Source of the DNA: an uncultured archaeon
GTDB lineage: Archaea > Thermoproteota > Bathyarchaeia > Bathyarchaeales > Bathycorpusculaceae
Assembly: GCA_963782915.1 (NCBI GenBank)
Contig: CAWALK010000022.1
Coordinates: 32,001-96,000, forward strand
Direction of reading: 5' to 3'
Length of the DNA stretch: 64,000 bases
This document shows, in pieces, positions 52,978 to 63,254 of the stretch. The translations under genes and the position numbers were made by a program. The notes under the pieces are model-generated. The model saw only the letters and a list, made by a program, of their open reading frames with translations. It ran no database searches and had not been told where the DNA came from. Numbering within the stretch: position 1 is the first letter of the stretch; every line of letters begins with the position of its first letter.

Positions 52978-55209
52978 ATGGTTGACAAAAGAAACACCAC
53001 TCTCTGGTTATTGGTAATATTAGCAGTCGGATTCATCTACAGGTTTGCGCTCACAACATTCAATGTCTTTCCGCCGGGAGCCGACATCGGATTACATCAA
53101 AGTGTAATAGACTCAATCATGTCTCCAAAAACAACTTTCCTCTATAACTATTACCACATGGGTGGTGGATTATCCGCAACAAACCCAGGTTACCATATCT
53201 TTTCAGCATTCATCATAAGCATGACAGGCGCAACCGATTACCTTGTTCAAGCATCAGTTTCCTCATTATTCTCTGCACTGATAATAATGGCCGCATTCAT
53301 GGTTGTCAGGCTGGTTTGGGGACAGAAAGCCGCATTTGTAGTCGCAATCTTAGTCACCTTCTCAGCAAGCGACATCATAATGTTAAGCTGGGCAGGGTAC
53401 CCAAACATCGTGGCGTTAGCACTAATTCCTCTGATGTTCTACTTGTTTCTTCAACCAGCAAAGATTACTCAAAAAAATTATCTTGTAGTAACATCAATTA
53501 TTGCTAGCGCACTGTTTTTAACACACCTGTTTAGCGCAATAGTGTTTCTGGCAATCACTCTCTTTGCATTGCTTATCAGCAGTGTCTTTTCAAAATCAAC
53601 TGGTCTCACAAAAAGAAATGCTCTCTACTGGTTGATACCCATCTTCTTCGGTTTCATCATAACTTCACCCTATCTGCTCAGTGTAATCCCCATCTATTTT
53701 GGAACCGAAGGAGCAATCACAGGCGGGGTTGGAGTAATGAAGCAAGCCGTAGTTGAAACCAGAGTTATTTCAACTGTAACAATGAGTTTAGCGGTAGTCC
53801 CGATCGTAATGTTTCTGGTTTTTTCCAAGAGGCAAAACGGCAAAGTCTTCACGCTTCCCAGTGTGCTCTTTGCCTCAGCGATTCTTGTTCCGCTTGCAGC
53901 TGCGCAATGCTACTTGTTTGGTTTCTTTTTGGATTATGAACGTTTCCTGTACTTTTTGGCGTTGCCAGTTATTGTCTGTATTGGCCTAATCGTCGTTAAG
54001 GCATCGGAAATTTTGCCTATAGGTTTAGCCAAAATCAGAGTGAAGGTGTCACCTGTTAAGGCTAAACCCGTTTTGTTGTCTGTGCTGGTGATCGCATGTT
54101 TGCTGACACCCTTGTTTGTCCTGCCATATAATCCGGTAGCAACTTATGGTTTCGACCAAGCCAACTACTTTCAAGTAATGAATCCAACCAAATATCAAGC
54201 AATCCAATGGATAAAAGACAACACGCCAGCGGATTCAGTAATCGTCTCCGATGCAGAACTTGGCTGGTGGATATCAGGATTCGCACAAAGACCTACTCTT
54301 AGCTCCGTTGACCCGCAATATTTGATTTTGAAACGTGAGTTCCAACCGGCTCTTATAGCTGCGAATTTTCTGGAGGCAGATTACTCGGCGGATAATGGTA
54401 TTTTACAGATTCAGCAGCCTGGAGCATACGCCAACGGCAGCACCCATGACATTTATGCGGTGCTAAATAGTTCAATCATTAAACCGCTTGTTTTTGCCCT
54501 TAACGACACCCAGATTAGTTTACTCTATCGCGATGCTGGGGCGCCAAAAGAAACAAAGTTGGGAGCATTCACTGACTCCAGCACTCAAGTAGCTAATGAT
54601 AGCACCTCAACCTCATTTATTATAGCAAGAGAAAACGAACTTTTCAGAGTAACGGAAGAAATTACGATTTTTCAAGGCTTACGCTTTGCCAAAGTTACTT
54701 TTGTTTTTCAAAGCTTAGGAGAAGTAAATTTTGATTGGTTGCATATTCCTTTCAAATCTCGCGGAGAATTGATAGAATACGCCAACAGCATCGGAGTAGT
54801 GGATAACACTTTGCATATGGTTAACCAGATTGTTCTTCCGGAAAACAAGCTTGGAGGAGATGTTAACCTGCAACAGAACCCGGATAACTATGAATTAATC
54901 TGTAAACTTAATGGTAACTCTACTGCGGTTATGAGTTTCTTTGTTGGGTTATGCCCATTTGACGCTGATAGTTTTAGTCAAACTGAATCATACAACAGTT
55001 TAATTGAGGTAAACGCAAACACATACCTAAACGTCGTCTCTGACCAACCTGTAACATGCTTCGATTACAAGACGGCCTTGCGTGAATGGAACATTTCATA
55101 CATTGTCGTCCGTGACGCTTCAGCAATCGCCCGTTTCGCAGAGGACTCAACTTTTAAAGTGGTATTCCAAAATAATGAAGTTACGATTTTTGAGGTTGCT
55201 AGAATTTAG
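52978..55209 (+). CDS. Polytopic membrane protein with GT-C/STT3-like architecture
   Basis: Many TM helices, GADIGLH in the first loop and AIQWIKDNTPADSVIVSD..GWWI. Confidence 0.7.
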   Translation: MVDKRNTTLWLLVILAVGFIYRFALTTFNVFPPGADIGLHQSVIDSIMSPKTTFLYNYYHMGGGLSATNPGYHIFSAFIISMTGATDYLVQASVSSLFSALIIMAAFMVVRLVWGQKAAFVVAILVTFSASDIIMLSWAGYPNIVALALIPLMFYLFLQPAKITQKNYLVVTSIIASALFLTHLFSAIVFLAITLFALLISSVFSKSTGLTKRNALYWLIPIFFGFIITSPYLLSVIPIYFGTEGAITGGVGVMKQAVVETRVISTVTMSLAVVPIVMFLVFSKRQNGKVFTLPSVLFASAILVPLAAAQCYLFGFFLDYERFLYFLALPVIVCIGLIVVKASEILPIGLAKIRVKVSPVKAKPVLLSVLVIACLLTPLFVLPYNPVATYGFDQANYFQVMNPTKYQAIQWIKDNTPADSVIVSDAELGWWISGFAQRPTLSSVDPQYLILKREFQPALIAANFLEADYSADNGILQIQQPGAYANGSTHDIYAVLNSSIIKPLVFALNDTQISLLYRDAGAPKETKLGAFTDSSTQVANDSTSTSFIIARENELFRVTEEITIFQGLRFAKVTFVFQSLGEVNFDWLHIPFKSRGELIEYANSIGVVDNTLHMVNQIVLPENKLGGDVNLQQNPDNYELICKLNGNSTAVMSFFVGLCPFDADSFSQTESYNSLIEVNANTYLNVVSDQPVTCFDYKTALREWNISYIVVRDASAIARFAEDSTFKVVFQNNEVTIFEVARI

Positions 55210-55251
55210 CATCCGCTGGAATCAGAAATGAAATAGCAAAATAAGTTGGTT

Positions 55252-55632
55252 TTAGCTGAAGCTCTCGAATTTTTCCTGCGTCAAGGTTTCAACAATGTCA
55301 GTGGCGATGTCAACGATTGAATCCGCCTGTTTCATCACGGCGTCACCGTTAACTTCTTCCAACTGTGAAATCTGCTGGACTAAAGTTTCGATTTCGATTA
55401 GAAAACGCAGGACAGAATCATTCGTCGGCTGGTTCTTGCTTACTTCTTCGCGGATGAGTATCTCGATGAATGCTGGTTCGCCAAGGCTGTAATAGATGGC
55501 GTTTCGGGCTTTTCGGATAGCCTCTAAAACTAAGCTTGGTGCCATGTAAGGGATTTTTCGTGCGGCTTCCAATTCAGCCTTTGCTTCACGAAGGTACCTT
55601 AGCGCCCAACCTTTACGATACTCATCCATCAT
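55252..55632 (-). CDS. HEPN-like helical protein
   Basis: WALRYLREAKAELEAA N-terminal helix typical of HEPN domains. Confidence 0.5.
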   Translation of the reverse strand: MMDEYRKGWALRYLREAKAELEAARKIPYMAPSLVLEAIRKARNAIYYSLGEPAFIEILIREEVSKNQPTNDSVLRFLIEIETLVQQISQLEEVNGDAVMKQADSIVDIATDIVETLTQEKFESFS

Positions 55633-55646
55633 GCAATAATACCAGT

Positions 55647-55883
55647 TTACTCGGCGATTTCGTCTTCTTCGTTTTCAGATTCCATTGCAGAACTGGCTTG
55701 AGCTAATGCGTTTGTTCGTGTAATGTATCCAGCTACTTTGTTTCTTACGCGGGTAGTGGTGCCTTTGGTTAATTCGTCCACTGTGCGTTTGTTTTCGTCA
55801 AAGTTAGTAGTGAATTTGCTTGGAAAGCGTGCCATTAGTTCTTTGCCAAGGTGTTTGATCTGCTCAGTCTTTACTTTTCCCAA
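55647..55883 (-). CDS. rps17e: 30S ribosomal protein S17e
   Basis: GKVKT..IK...FTTNFDENK...VRNKVAGYIT; TTG start inferred. Confidence 0.95.
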   Translation of the reverse strand: MGKVKTEQIKHLGKELMARFPSKFTTNFDENKRTVDELTKGTTTRVRNKVAGYITRTNALAQASSAMESENEEDEIAE

Positions 55884-56037
55884 ATTAGTTTCCTCCGATA
55901 TTGACAGTTCTCCGACGTTTAAAAGCGTAGGAGCAACTCTCAATAGAAGATGGGCGTAATTTAAGCTTGCGCCTCAAATAATCGTTTTTAGCAGCCGAGG
56001 GGTTGCGAGGAGAAGCACCGCAGGAAAACTAGATGGG

Positions 56038-56811
56038 TTAGTTTAGTTTTATATCAAAGAAGCTCTCAAAGTTCTTAGCTATTTGCTCGGCAACCTCTTC
56101 AACTGGCAATTTCTTGATTTCCGCAACTGCCCCCACGACGTTGCGTATGTATGAGGGCTTTGTTAATTGCCCATTGTAGGGTTGTTTCCAATAAGTAACT
56201 GGTCCATCAGTTTCCGTTAACAAGTTAGTGAGGGGCGCTTTTTCTACAACTTCACGTATGCCATTGGAATAGGTGACTGGTGGTCCTTCGGTTATGAAGT
56301 AGCCGTTGTCCATGGCTTTTGCGAGTGCAGTCATGGGGTAACTAAACCAATGGAGCAGCACACGTTTTAAGCGATAGGATGGGAGCATGTCGACGATTTT
56401 GTCGGTGGTTCCTCTTGAATGTATGATTACCGGAAGGTTAAGTTGCTCGGCTAAGTGAAGCATTTTGTCGAAGACAAGGGTTTGTTTTTCCCAGATGGTT
56501 TCGTATTTGTTGTCTAAACCGATTTCGCCGATGGCTTTGACATAGTCCTTGTTTGCCAGTATAAACTGTACTGTGTCCTCTAACTCGTTTTCTTTCAAGA
56601 TGTTAACGTTCCAGGGGTGGATGCCCATTGCCGCATAAACAAGATCAGGGTATGTTTGGGCTAGTTTAACATCGTTTTGGCAGGTTCGAAGATCCATAGA
56701 GTTTGTCATCAGCGCCTTTACGCCTGCAGTTTTTGCATCCGCTATTAACTCTTCAATATGTCCGGTGTATTCTGCATCGGAGAGGTGCACATGTGCGTCT
56801 ATTAGTTTCAT
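56038..56811 (-). CDS. tatD: TatD family nuclease/hydrolase
   Basis: DAHVH, GIHP, IGEIGLD, IHSR and ETDGP motifs. Confidence 0.95.
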   Translation of the reverse strand: MKLIDAHVHLSDAEYTGHIEELIADAKTAGVKALMTNSMDLRTCQNDVKLAQTYPDLVYAAMGIHPWNVNILKENELEDTVQFILANKDYVKAIGEIGLDNKYETIWEKQTLVFDKMLHLAEQLNLPVIIHSRGTTDKIVDMLPSYRLKRVLLHWFSYPMTALAKAMDNGYFITEGPPVTYSNGIREVVEKAPLTNLLTETDGPVTYWKQPYNGQLTKPSYIRNVVGAVAEIKKLPVEEVAEQIAKNFESFFDIKLN

Positions 56812-56911
56812 TATTCTCAGCGCTATACTGACGGGTTAAGTGTTTTTATAATTTTTCTTTCTTTAAATGACAAGTTCACGGTTGGCGTCGTTTTAACGCA
56901 AAAAACGATAA

Positions 56912-56927
56912 CAAAGGTTAAATATAG
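56912..56927 (+). promoter_or_regulatory. Putative BRE-TATA promoter of the histone gene
   Basis: Purine-rich AAAGG followed by TTAAATA about 40 nt upstream of ATG 56963. Confidence 0.45.
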
Positions 56928-56962
56928 CTTTAAAATGAAAAAGAAGCTACAGAGATGTCGAT

Positions 56963-57184
56963 ATGACTGAATTAGAAATAGCTGTAGCTCCCATGCACAG
57001 ATTATGTAAGAAAGCAGGCGCTGACAGAGTGAGCGAAGCAGCGGCAAAAGAACTTGCAAAAGCACTAGAAGAAATCGGCGTAAAAATCGCTAAAGAAGCA
57101 CTCGATTTCGCCATGCACGCTGGCAGAAAAACCATCAAAGCGGAAGATATTGAAATCGCCGCAAGAAAAATCATGGGAAAATAA
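56963..57184 (+). CDS. Archaeal histone (HMf-like)
   Basis: AGADRVSE...[12 protein letters not shown] histone fold. Confidence 0.95.
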   Translation: MTELEIAVAPMHRLCKKAGADRVSEAAAKELAKALEEIGVKIAKEALDFAMHAGRKTIKAEDIEIAARKIMGK

Positions 57185-57198
57185 GTTAACTAATTGTA

Positions 57199-57227
57199 CT
57201 TTTCTTTCCCTTTCTTCTTTTTGTTTT
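57199..57227 (+). terminator. Oligo-T archaeal terminator after the histone gene
   Basis: Pyrimidine/T-tract TTTTTCTTTCCCTTTCTTCTTTTTGTTTT just after the stop codon. Confidence 0.5.
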
Positions 57228-57499
57228 AATTAATCAGGCTAATCAGCGATTTTTTAGCTACAGTGAATGATTCTGTAAACTGCTTGCGGTTATTGCACAA
57301 CCAGCGTACAACTCGACGCTTGATCAAAAGCAGCCACCTGCATACGCCAGTGGTTGTTGTTGTGAGGGGGTTGCAACAACACACTGTAGAAAACAAGCAC
57401 TCATTCAATTAAAGCTCCCAAATGCCCATACAACTAAAGGTCAAATATTAAAAAATAGAAAGAAATTTTGGTTGTAGATTTACACGATACTAGGCTATT

Positions 57500-57790
57500 T
57501 TAGCTTTTTTTAGTAAGGGTTATCTCCATCGTGGAAACCATTCTGGACTTGCTCTCGCCCTCACGAGGTGGCATCTCGGTGGTACCAATAGCGATTTTGG
57601 ATACTTTGAGGTCTTTTATGAAGCGGTTTCTTGTGATCTCTGCTACGTCAACTGCGGTGGTTATGGCTTGTCCTCTTGCTTTGAGGGTTATTTCTTTGAG
57701 GTTGTTTGCTGAGAGGCTTGTGATGATTGCCAGAACATAGCTCATTGGGGGTTTGTTTCCGACGAAGATTACGTCTGCGTTTTCAGTCAT
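57500..57790 (-). CDS. albA: DNA/RNA-binding protein Alba (paralog 2)
   Basis: VGNKPPMSYV, KARGQAITTAVDVAE and VSTMEITL motifs. Confidence 0.93.
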   Translation of the reverse strand: MTENADVIFVGNKPPMSYVLAIITSLSANNLKEITLKARGQAITTAVDVAEITRNRFIKDLKVSKIAIGTTEMPPREGESKSRMVSTMEITLTKKS

Positions 57791-58001
57791 TTCATTTTAC
57801 TCCTTTTGTATGTCTTTGTGTAACGTTGCTGTTTTGCGCTCTGTTGCGCCTCAGAACGTCACTGCCAAATATTGGAGGTACTTCCTAATAAGTCCATTGA
57901 AAAAGCCCCTATCGACAAGCAGAGGTTGGGTGGTTGGGGTTAAGAAAGGCTTTTTTACAGCCGACCCATAATTGGCTACCACAAGTTGAGATGCGAGAGC
58001 T

Positions 58002-58634
58002 TTGCTTACCAAACTCAAACAGCAAATCCAGCAAATGCTAGCCGGCGAAGCAAAAATAGCCCATAAATTAGGTCTTACCCCGAATCGCATAAGCGTCATT
58101 GGGTTCATATTGGCATTGGCTTCTGCGGTTAGTTATGCAGTGGCGACTCCAGCGTCGCTTTGGCTTCTGCTTTTGGCAACTTTCTTTATGTTGGCGTCTG
58201 GATTCTGTGACACCATGGATGGCATCGTTGCCCGAACCTATAAGCAGACAACTGCTTTTGGGGGTTTTTTTGATTCGGTGCTGGATCGGTTTGCTGATGG
58301 AGCAGCCTATGCAGGGATCATAATCGCGGGTTTGTGCAGTGCAGCTTTTGGCAATTATTTAGGGACCGTAGTGGCTTTGGTTGCTTTGGTTGCGTCCATG
58401 CTGGTCAGTTATACTCGTGCCAGAGCGGAAGCAATTGGGGTAAAGATGGAGTCGGTTGGTATTGCTGAGCGGGCGGAGCGTATGCTGATTTTGGCTGCAG
58501 TTAGTATAATCGGGTCAATCGGAGTCGCTTATTTACCTGTACTCGGTTACGGAGTAGCACTGATAGCGATTCTATCAATAATAACCGTTGTCCAAAGAGT
58601 GCTGCATGTTTACAAACAGTTGAAGAAAGCTTAA
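58002..58634 (+). CDS. CDP-alcohol phosphatidyltransferase (archaetidylinositol-phosphate synthase-like)
   Basis: TPN, DTMDGIVAR..GGFFDSVLDRFAD, SYTRARAE and ERAER motifs. Confidence 0.92.
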   Translation: MLTKLKQQIQQMLAGEAKIAHKLGLTPNRISVIGFILALASAVSYAVATPASLWLLLLATFFMLASGFCDTMDGIVARTYKQTTAFGGFFDSVLDRFADGAAYAGIIIAGLCSAAFGNYLGTVVALVALVASMLVSYTRARAEAIGVKMESVGIAERAERMLILAAVSIIGSIGVAYLPVLGYGVALIAILSIITVVQRVLHVYKQLKKA

Positions 58635-58670
58635 GAATTAAAGAAAGAAAAACAGTAAAAACTGTTTAGT

Positions 58671-58961
58671 TTAGTATCTTCTTTTAGCTTTAGAGTGTCG
58701 TTCACTTTCTGCTCTAACGTGAACGATACCACGGTGAACTGCGCATGAAATACAGTAATATTTCGTGTCCACCCAAGAGGCTAAGAATGTACCGCTTTGT
58801 CTAAGTTCTTTTGCTAATTGTGGCTCGACGAAGGATACTCGACGTGTGGAACGTTTCGCTTTGTCACGTGGTACCGACGCACCGCAATTTGCACATTGAA
58901 CTAAGCTGCTGCTTCCTTTGCTTCCTTTTGCTCTTCCTCGGCTTTTTCGCTTAACGGGCAT
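58671..58961 (-). CDS. rps26e: 30S ribosomal protein S26e
   Basis: KRKSRGR, CANCG..VPRDKA and YCISCAVH motifs. Confidence 0.96.
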   Translation of the reverse strand: MPVKRKSRGRAKGSKGSSSLVQCANCGASVPRDKAKRSTRRVSFVEPQLAKELRQSGTFLASWVDTKYYCISCAVHRGIVHVRAESERHSKAKRRY

Positions 58962-59011
58962 TATTTTGACCTTCTTTATTTCCTATTGTTCCAATTATTA
59001 AGTTAACTATC

Positions 59012-59920
59012 TTATATATCTGCTCTTAACTTTAACAGAGAAGCGACGTTCGCTCTCGGAGTTATCTGGGGAACAATTTTGCCCTCAGCTGATGTCATCA
59101 ACGTTGTTACTCCTGGTCCGTGTCCAGCTGCGAAGCAGTTTGTATGGACCACGACGCCTATGGAGATGGCGCCTTGTCGGTAGATTCTGCCAAACGTATG
59201 ATCTGCATCGATGATTCCGACGATGTCGCCGAGGCGTAGGTTTTGTAGCCCATACTGTTCGACGATGGTTTGGTCGAAAAGTTGAATATCGTAGTCGCCT
59301 GAGTTAACTTGGTTGCTCCCTAAACCTGAGCCCATGATGGCTGCTGGAATAATATGTGTGACTGGTACGAGGAGTTTTTCGCCGCTTGGCTGCGGATTCA
59401 GTGCCTCCAGTAGTGAGGGGTCTGTGTTGAATAGTTTAATGTCGGGGTAGTCGGGGAGTTTCAAGCCGACGCCGTAGGCTTTTATGAGGATTTTATCGCC
59501 GATGAGAAGCTTCTCAAGTACATCTGGCGAAAAATCGATTAGCACATGTTCGACTCCGCCATGTTTGCCTGTGACTATGCCTCTGTCGCCTTTTGCGTCG
59601 CCTGCAGCTACGATAGCTTGGTTCCCAACGCATGAGAGAACATTAAAGGCTGTGTTTGCTGCTTGCCCTGTTCGGGAGTCGTTTTCTTTGTTTTCTGTGC
59701 TGACGCATGGTTCAGCGTGGTCTGCTTCCCATCCGTATGCTGGGTCGCCGACTCGTAGGTTGTATGTGATGCCGCCGACGCCTGGTAGTACGAGGGGTTT
59801 GCCTGTTGCTGAGACTTTATAGACATCTCGCATGGTGGGGCTGATGATTTCGCCCATGACGGAGATTTTGATGAGTTTCTCAACGTTGGTTTTGATCACA
59901 AAATGTTCCTCAATCGACAA
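59012..59920 (-). CDS. DUF4438 family protein
   Basis: LPGVGGITYN, DHAEP, GKHGG, MGSGLG, GDYDI and GHGPG motifs. Confidence 0.8.
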   Translation of the reverse strand: MSIEEHFVIKTNVEKLIKISVMGEIISPTMRDVYKVSATGKPLVLPGVGGITYNLRVGDPAYGWEADHAEPCVSTENKENDSRTGQAANTAFNVLSCVGNQAIVAAGDAKGDRGIVTGKHGGVEHVLIDFSPDVLEKLLIGDKILIKAYGVGLKLPDYPDIKLFNTDPSLLEALNPQPSGEKLLVPVTHIIPAAIMGSGLGSNQVNSGDYDIQLFDQTIVEQYGLQNLRLGDIVGIIDADHTFGRIYRQGAISIGVVVHTNCFAAGHGPGVTTLMTSAEGKIVPQITPRANVASLLKLRADI

Positions 59921-60052
59921 GTTGTGTAAGTTGTGGGCGGCATATAAAACTTCACCGAGACATTTTGATGTTAAGCAACTCTTAAATTATGCGTTCCTTT
60001 AATTGTTCAATTAGAGAAGCTAAGCCTATCTAAATTGTCGAAGGAACCTACC

Positions 60053-60631
60053 ATGTCCGAAATTGGATTAAGAACAAAGATGATGGTTAGAGACGTAATG
60101 AGCAGCCCAGTCGTCACTATGGATGAAGATGAAACCGCAAATAGGGCTGCGGCTAACATGGATATGAAGGATTTAGGCGCCGTCATCGTACAGAATAAGG
60201 CTGGAAAATCAATCGGCATCATAACCGAACGTGACATAGTCAAACGGGTAGTCGCCAAGAACCTTAAACCAGACACGGTTAAAGCTAAAGAAATCATGAC
60301 TACCCCACTAGTTACGATTGAGCCAGAAGCAAACATTACAGATGCCGCCAGACGTATGACGCGTCTTGACATCAGAAGGCTTGGCGTAATCTACAAGGGC
60401 AACCTCGTCGGGATCATCTCAAGCAAGGACATCTTAGGAGTCATGCCTGAGTTAATGGAGATTATGCAGGAACGTTCACGCATTGAAGGCGATGCAAGAA
60501 CAGAGGAAACTGAGGAAGTTCCGCTTTCAGGCTACTGCGACCGATGCAACACATACTCAGAGAGCCTTAAAGAACGCAATGGTCAAAACATATGCGACGA
60601 ATGCCGCATCGAACTTGACACAGAAAAATAA
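60053..60631 (+). CDS. CBS-pair protein with C-terminal zinc ribbon
   Basis: VRDVMS, GIITERDI, GIISSKDI and GYCDRC..ICDEC. Confidence 0.9.
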   Translation: MSEIGLRTKMMVRDVMSSPVVTMDEDETANRAAANMDMKDLGAVIVQNKAGKSIGIITERDIVKRVVAKNLKPDTVKAKEIMTTPLVTIEPEANITDAARRMTRLDIRRLGVIYKGNLVGIISSKDILGVMPELMEIMQERSRIEGDARTEETEEVPLSGYCDRCNTYSESLKERNGQNICDECRIELDTEK

Positions 60632-61040
60632 TCTCTTCTTCTTTTCCTTCAACAATTCAACGTAGACTATGTTTTCGTTTTCTGGTGTAGAATAATTTTC
60701 AGGGCTGTTTGCTTAGGATTTTAGGTAGACGACCCTAACTTTTTTTGGATTACAGTCACGCCGTACCTTAGCAGACTTTTTACCGCACCTATCCTTTTTC
60801 TCCGAACGATTGTCATGACTATGAATTAAACCGTAAAGTGATAGAACCACTTTGGCAAGAAAAGAAGACCCAGAGTAAACCACAGGGCGTAAAATGAAAA
60901 GAAACACCTTCAAAAACCAGTCAGTATGGGGTTTCTTTAAAATTCATCCCTTCGCTTCAATAAACAGGTCACCAATTTCAAAGGTTTGATGTATGAAACT
61001 TATTAACAAACTCTTCGCTACTTTATAGTCGTGAATTAGC

Positions 61041-62390
61041 GTGATTGTTGATTCTGTCCTCACCAACGCCAAAGCCTACCTCAAAGAGAGGGGACAAATT
61101 GTTGACTGCTCTATAGCCATCGAAGAAGGCAAAATACAGAAAATCGGCAGAGAATCCCAGATGCCACAGGCAGACGAAAAAACCGACTTGCATAACCTTT
61201 TGGTTTTGCCTGGTTTGATTGATGAGCACGTACATTTGCGGGATGAGGGCAGAACATACAAAGAAGATTTTACCTCTGGTACGTCTGCTGCTGCGGCTGG
61301 TGGTTTCACAACCGTCTTAGACATGCCCAACAATGACCCAGTCACCATGAGCGTAAAGCGCTTACAGAACCGTATGGAATTAGCTCAGCGGAGACTTCTT
61401 GTTAACGTTGGATTCTACTCAGAATTCCCCAATACCCTGCCTGAAATCAAGGACATAGCCAGTGCTGGCGCAGTCGCATTCAAACTGTTTATGGGTAACC
61501 AAACAGGCGGATTAAACGTAGACGACGATGCCGCCATTAAGGAAGCGTTCAAAGTCGTTGCCGACACCAAATTACCCTTAGCAGTCCACGCTGAGGATAG
61601 GGTAATGCTGGCAGCTAACGAGACCAAACTCAAACAAGCCCAAAAAAAAGCGCCAGCTGACTATCTTGCGAGCCCACACAGAAACCGTCGAAATCAAAGC
61701 CGTCCAGCGACTTCTCAAATTAGCGAGGGCACTGATGTTAGGTTGAATTTCTGCCATATCTCGACTTCTGAATCCTTAGCTGCTATATCCGAAGCTAAAA
61801 AGGGTGGGCGAAAGGTTACCTGCGAAGTTACCCCAAATCACCTAATGCTGACAAGCGAGGAAATTGCAAGCTTTGGCGGATTAGCAATTATGGCGCCTCC
61901 TCTTCGCGACCGATTGCAGGTTAATGCGTTGTGGAAGGGTTTGGATGATGGCTCCGTTGACACTTTAGGCTCAGACCATGCGCCCCATACGTTGGAGGAG
62001 AAGATGGCGAGCAGCGTCTGGGAAGTCAAAGCAGGAATTCCAGGTTTAGAGGTTACTTTGCCGCTTATGTTGACGATGGTGCGAAAGAATAAACTGACGC
62101 TAAACCAAGTTGTTGCTTTCCTATCTGAGAAGCCCGCTGAAATCTATGGCTTAACAGACCGCGGCTACCTCGAAGCAGGCAAAAACGCAGACCTAACCAT
62201 CGTTGACTATAGCCCATTCAAAATCGACGCAACCAAATTTAAAACAAAAGCCAAGTTTTCACCCTACAATGGCTGGGAAGTCTGGGGCAAACCCGCCAAA
62301 ACCATAGTCAACGGACAAGTCGTCTACGAAGACGGCGAAATCATCGCTAAAGGCGGCGTGGGCAGTATCGTGCGGGGAGGCACTGCTTGA
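61041..62390 (+). CDS. pyrC: Dihydroorotase (probable compensating frameshifts at ~61670-61710)
   Basis: DEHVHLRD, GGFTTVLDMPN, CEVTPNHL, PPLR and SDHAPH motifs. Confidence 0.9.
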   Translation: MIVDSVLTNAKAYLKERGQIVDCSIAIEEGKIQKIGRESQMPQADEKTDLHNLLVLPGLIDEHVHLRDEGRTYKEDFTSGTSAAAAGGFTTVLDMPNNDPVTMSVKRLQNRMELAQRRLLVNVGFYSEFPNTLPEIKDIASAGAVAFKLFMGNQTGGLNVDDDAAIKEAFKVVADTKLPLAVHAEDRVMLAANETKLKQAQKKAPADYLASPHRNRRNQSRPATSQISEGTDVRLNFCHISTSESLAAISEAKKGGRKVTCEVTPNHLMLTSEEIASFGGLAIMAPPLRDRLQVNALWKGLDDGSVDTLGSDHAPHTLEEKMASSVWEVKAGIPGLEVTLPLMLTMVRKNKLTLNQVVAFLSEKPAEIYGLTDRGYLEAGKNADLTIVDYSPFKIDATKFKTKAKFSPYNGWEVWGKPAKTIVNGQVVYEDGEIIAKGGVGSIVRGGTA

Positions 62391-62884
62391 AGTTCCTGGC
62401 AGATGGGATGCTGGGGAAACTTGCTCGTTGGTTACGGATGCTTGGACAGGACGTCATATACAGCACGCAGCTGAGCGATAATGAGTTGTTGGGTTTGGCG
62501 AAAACTGAATGCCGTGTATTGTTGACTAAGGATTTTGAGCTTTACAAACGCGCCATCAGCCGAGGCTTAGACGCTTTCTATGTTGAGGGCAAAACTGAGT
62601 CAGAGCGGCTAGCGGAGGTTGCCAAACGCTATGGTGTCGAGTTGGTGGTGGATATGGATAAGTCGCATTGCCCCATCTGCAACACCAAACTACAAGCAGC
62701 CCCCAAACAACAACTCAAGGACGAGTTAGAGCCAAACACCTACACTTACTATGACAAGTTCTGGAAGTGCCCCAACTGCGGGCAGGTCTATTGGCAGGGA
62801 GCACACTGGAAACAGATAACAGACACATTAACAAAAGCACAACAAAAAAGTGCGACCGTTAATGAGAGCACCAGACAGTCTTGA
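62387..62884 (+). CDS. Mut7-C RNase domain protein (PIN-like with Zn ribbon)
   Basis: FLADGMLGKLARWLRMLG, LLTKD, CPICN and CPNCGQVYWQGAH motifs. Confidence 0.93.
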   Translation: MKFLADGMLGKLARWLRMLGQDVIYSTQLSDNELLGLAKTECRVLLTKDFELYKRAISRGLDAFYVEGKTESERLAEVAKRYGVELVVDMDKSHCPICNTKLQAAPKQQLKDELEPNTYTYYDKFWKCPNCGQVYWQGAHWKQITDTLTKAQQKSATVNESTRQS

Positions 62885-63254
62885 GGCCCTCGATATTTCT
62901 GAAGTGTGCGTCATCTGTGAAGAGGGAGCAACCGTGGATTATGGCGGTTGCCGCAATAGCACTGTCAGCCATTGGCATAGGATGAGTGTTTCTTAATTCC
63001 GCGCTTTTTACTGCGATTTGGTAATTAACATCAATGATTTGAAAATCTCGTCTAATTGTATTGCTTCTCATTGCTGCAACTTCTTTACCATCCGTTCTCA
63101 GAACGAGGCGGTGTATTTCATGGATTGTTAAAGAGGAAACTAACTTTTCATTCGTTGACCTAAATTCTTCAATGAGCTTTTTTGCTAATTGTGGGTTAAG
63201 TGTGTAAAACGACTCGGCAAAGAAGCGAGTGTCATAGAAGCGTTTACTCGTCAT
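62859..63254 (-). CDS. vapC: VapC PIN-domain toxin
   Basis: YDTRF, TIHEI, MADSAIAATA and TDDAHF motifs. Confidence 0.88.
   Translation of the reverse strand: MTSKRFYDTRFFAESFYTLNPQLAKKLIEEFRSTNEKLVSSLTIHEIHRLVLRTDGKEVAAMRSNTIRRDFQIIDVNYQIAVKSAELRNTHPMPMADSAIAATAIIHGCSLFTDDAHFRNIEGLKTVWCSH

Noticed and set aside
55252-55632. HEPN toxin of a HEPN-MNT system
   Set aside because: No adjacent nucleotidyltransferase gene and no RxxxxH motif
60713-60913. 66-aa minus-strand ORF between the CBS gene and pyrC
   Set aside because: No motif and weak start; cannot be supported
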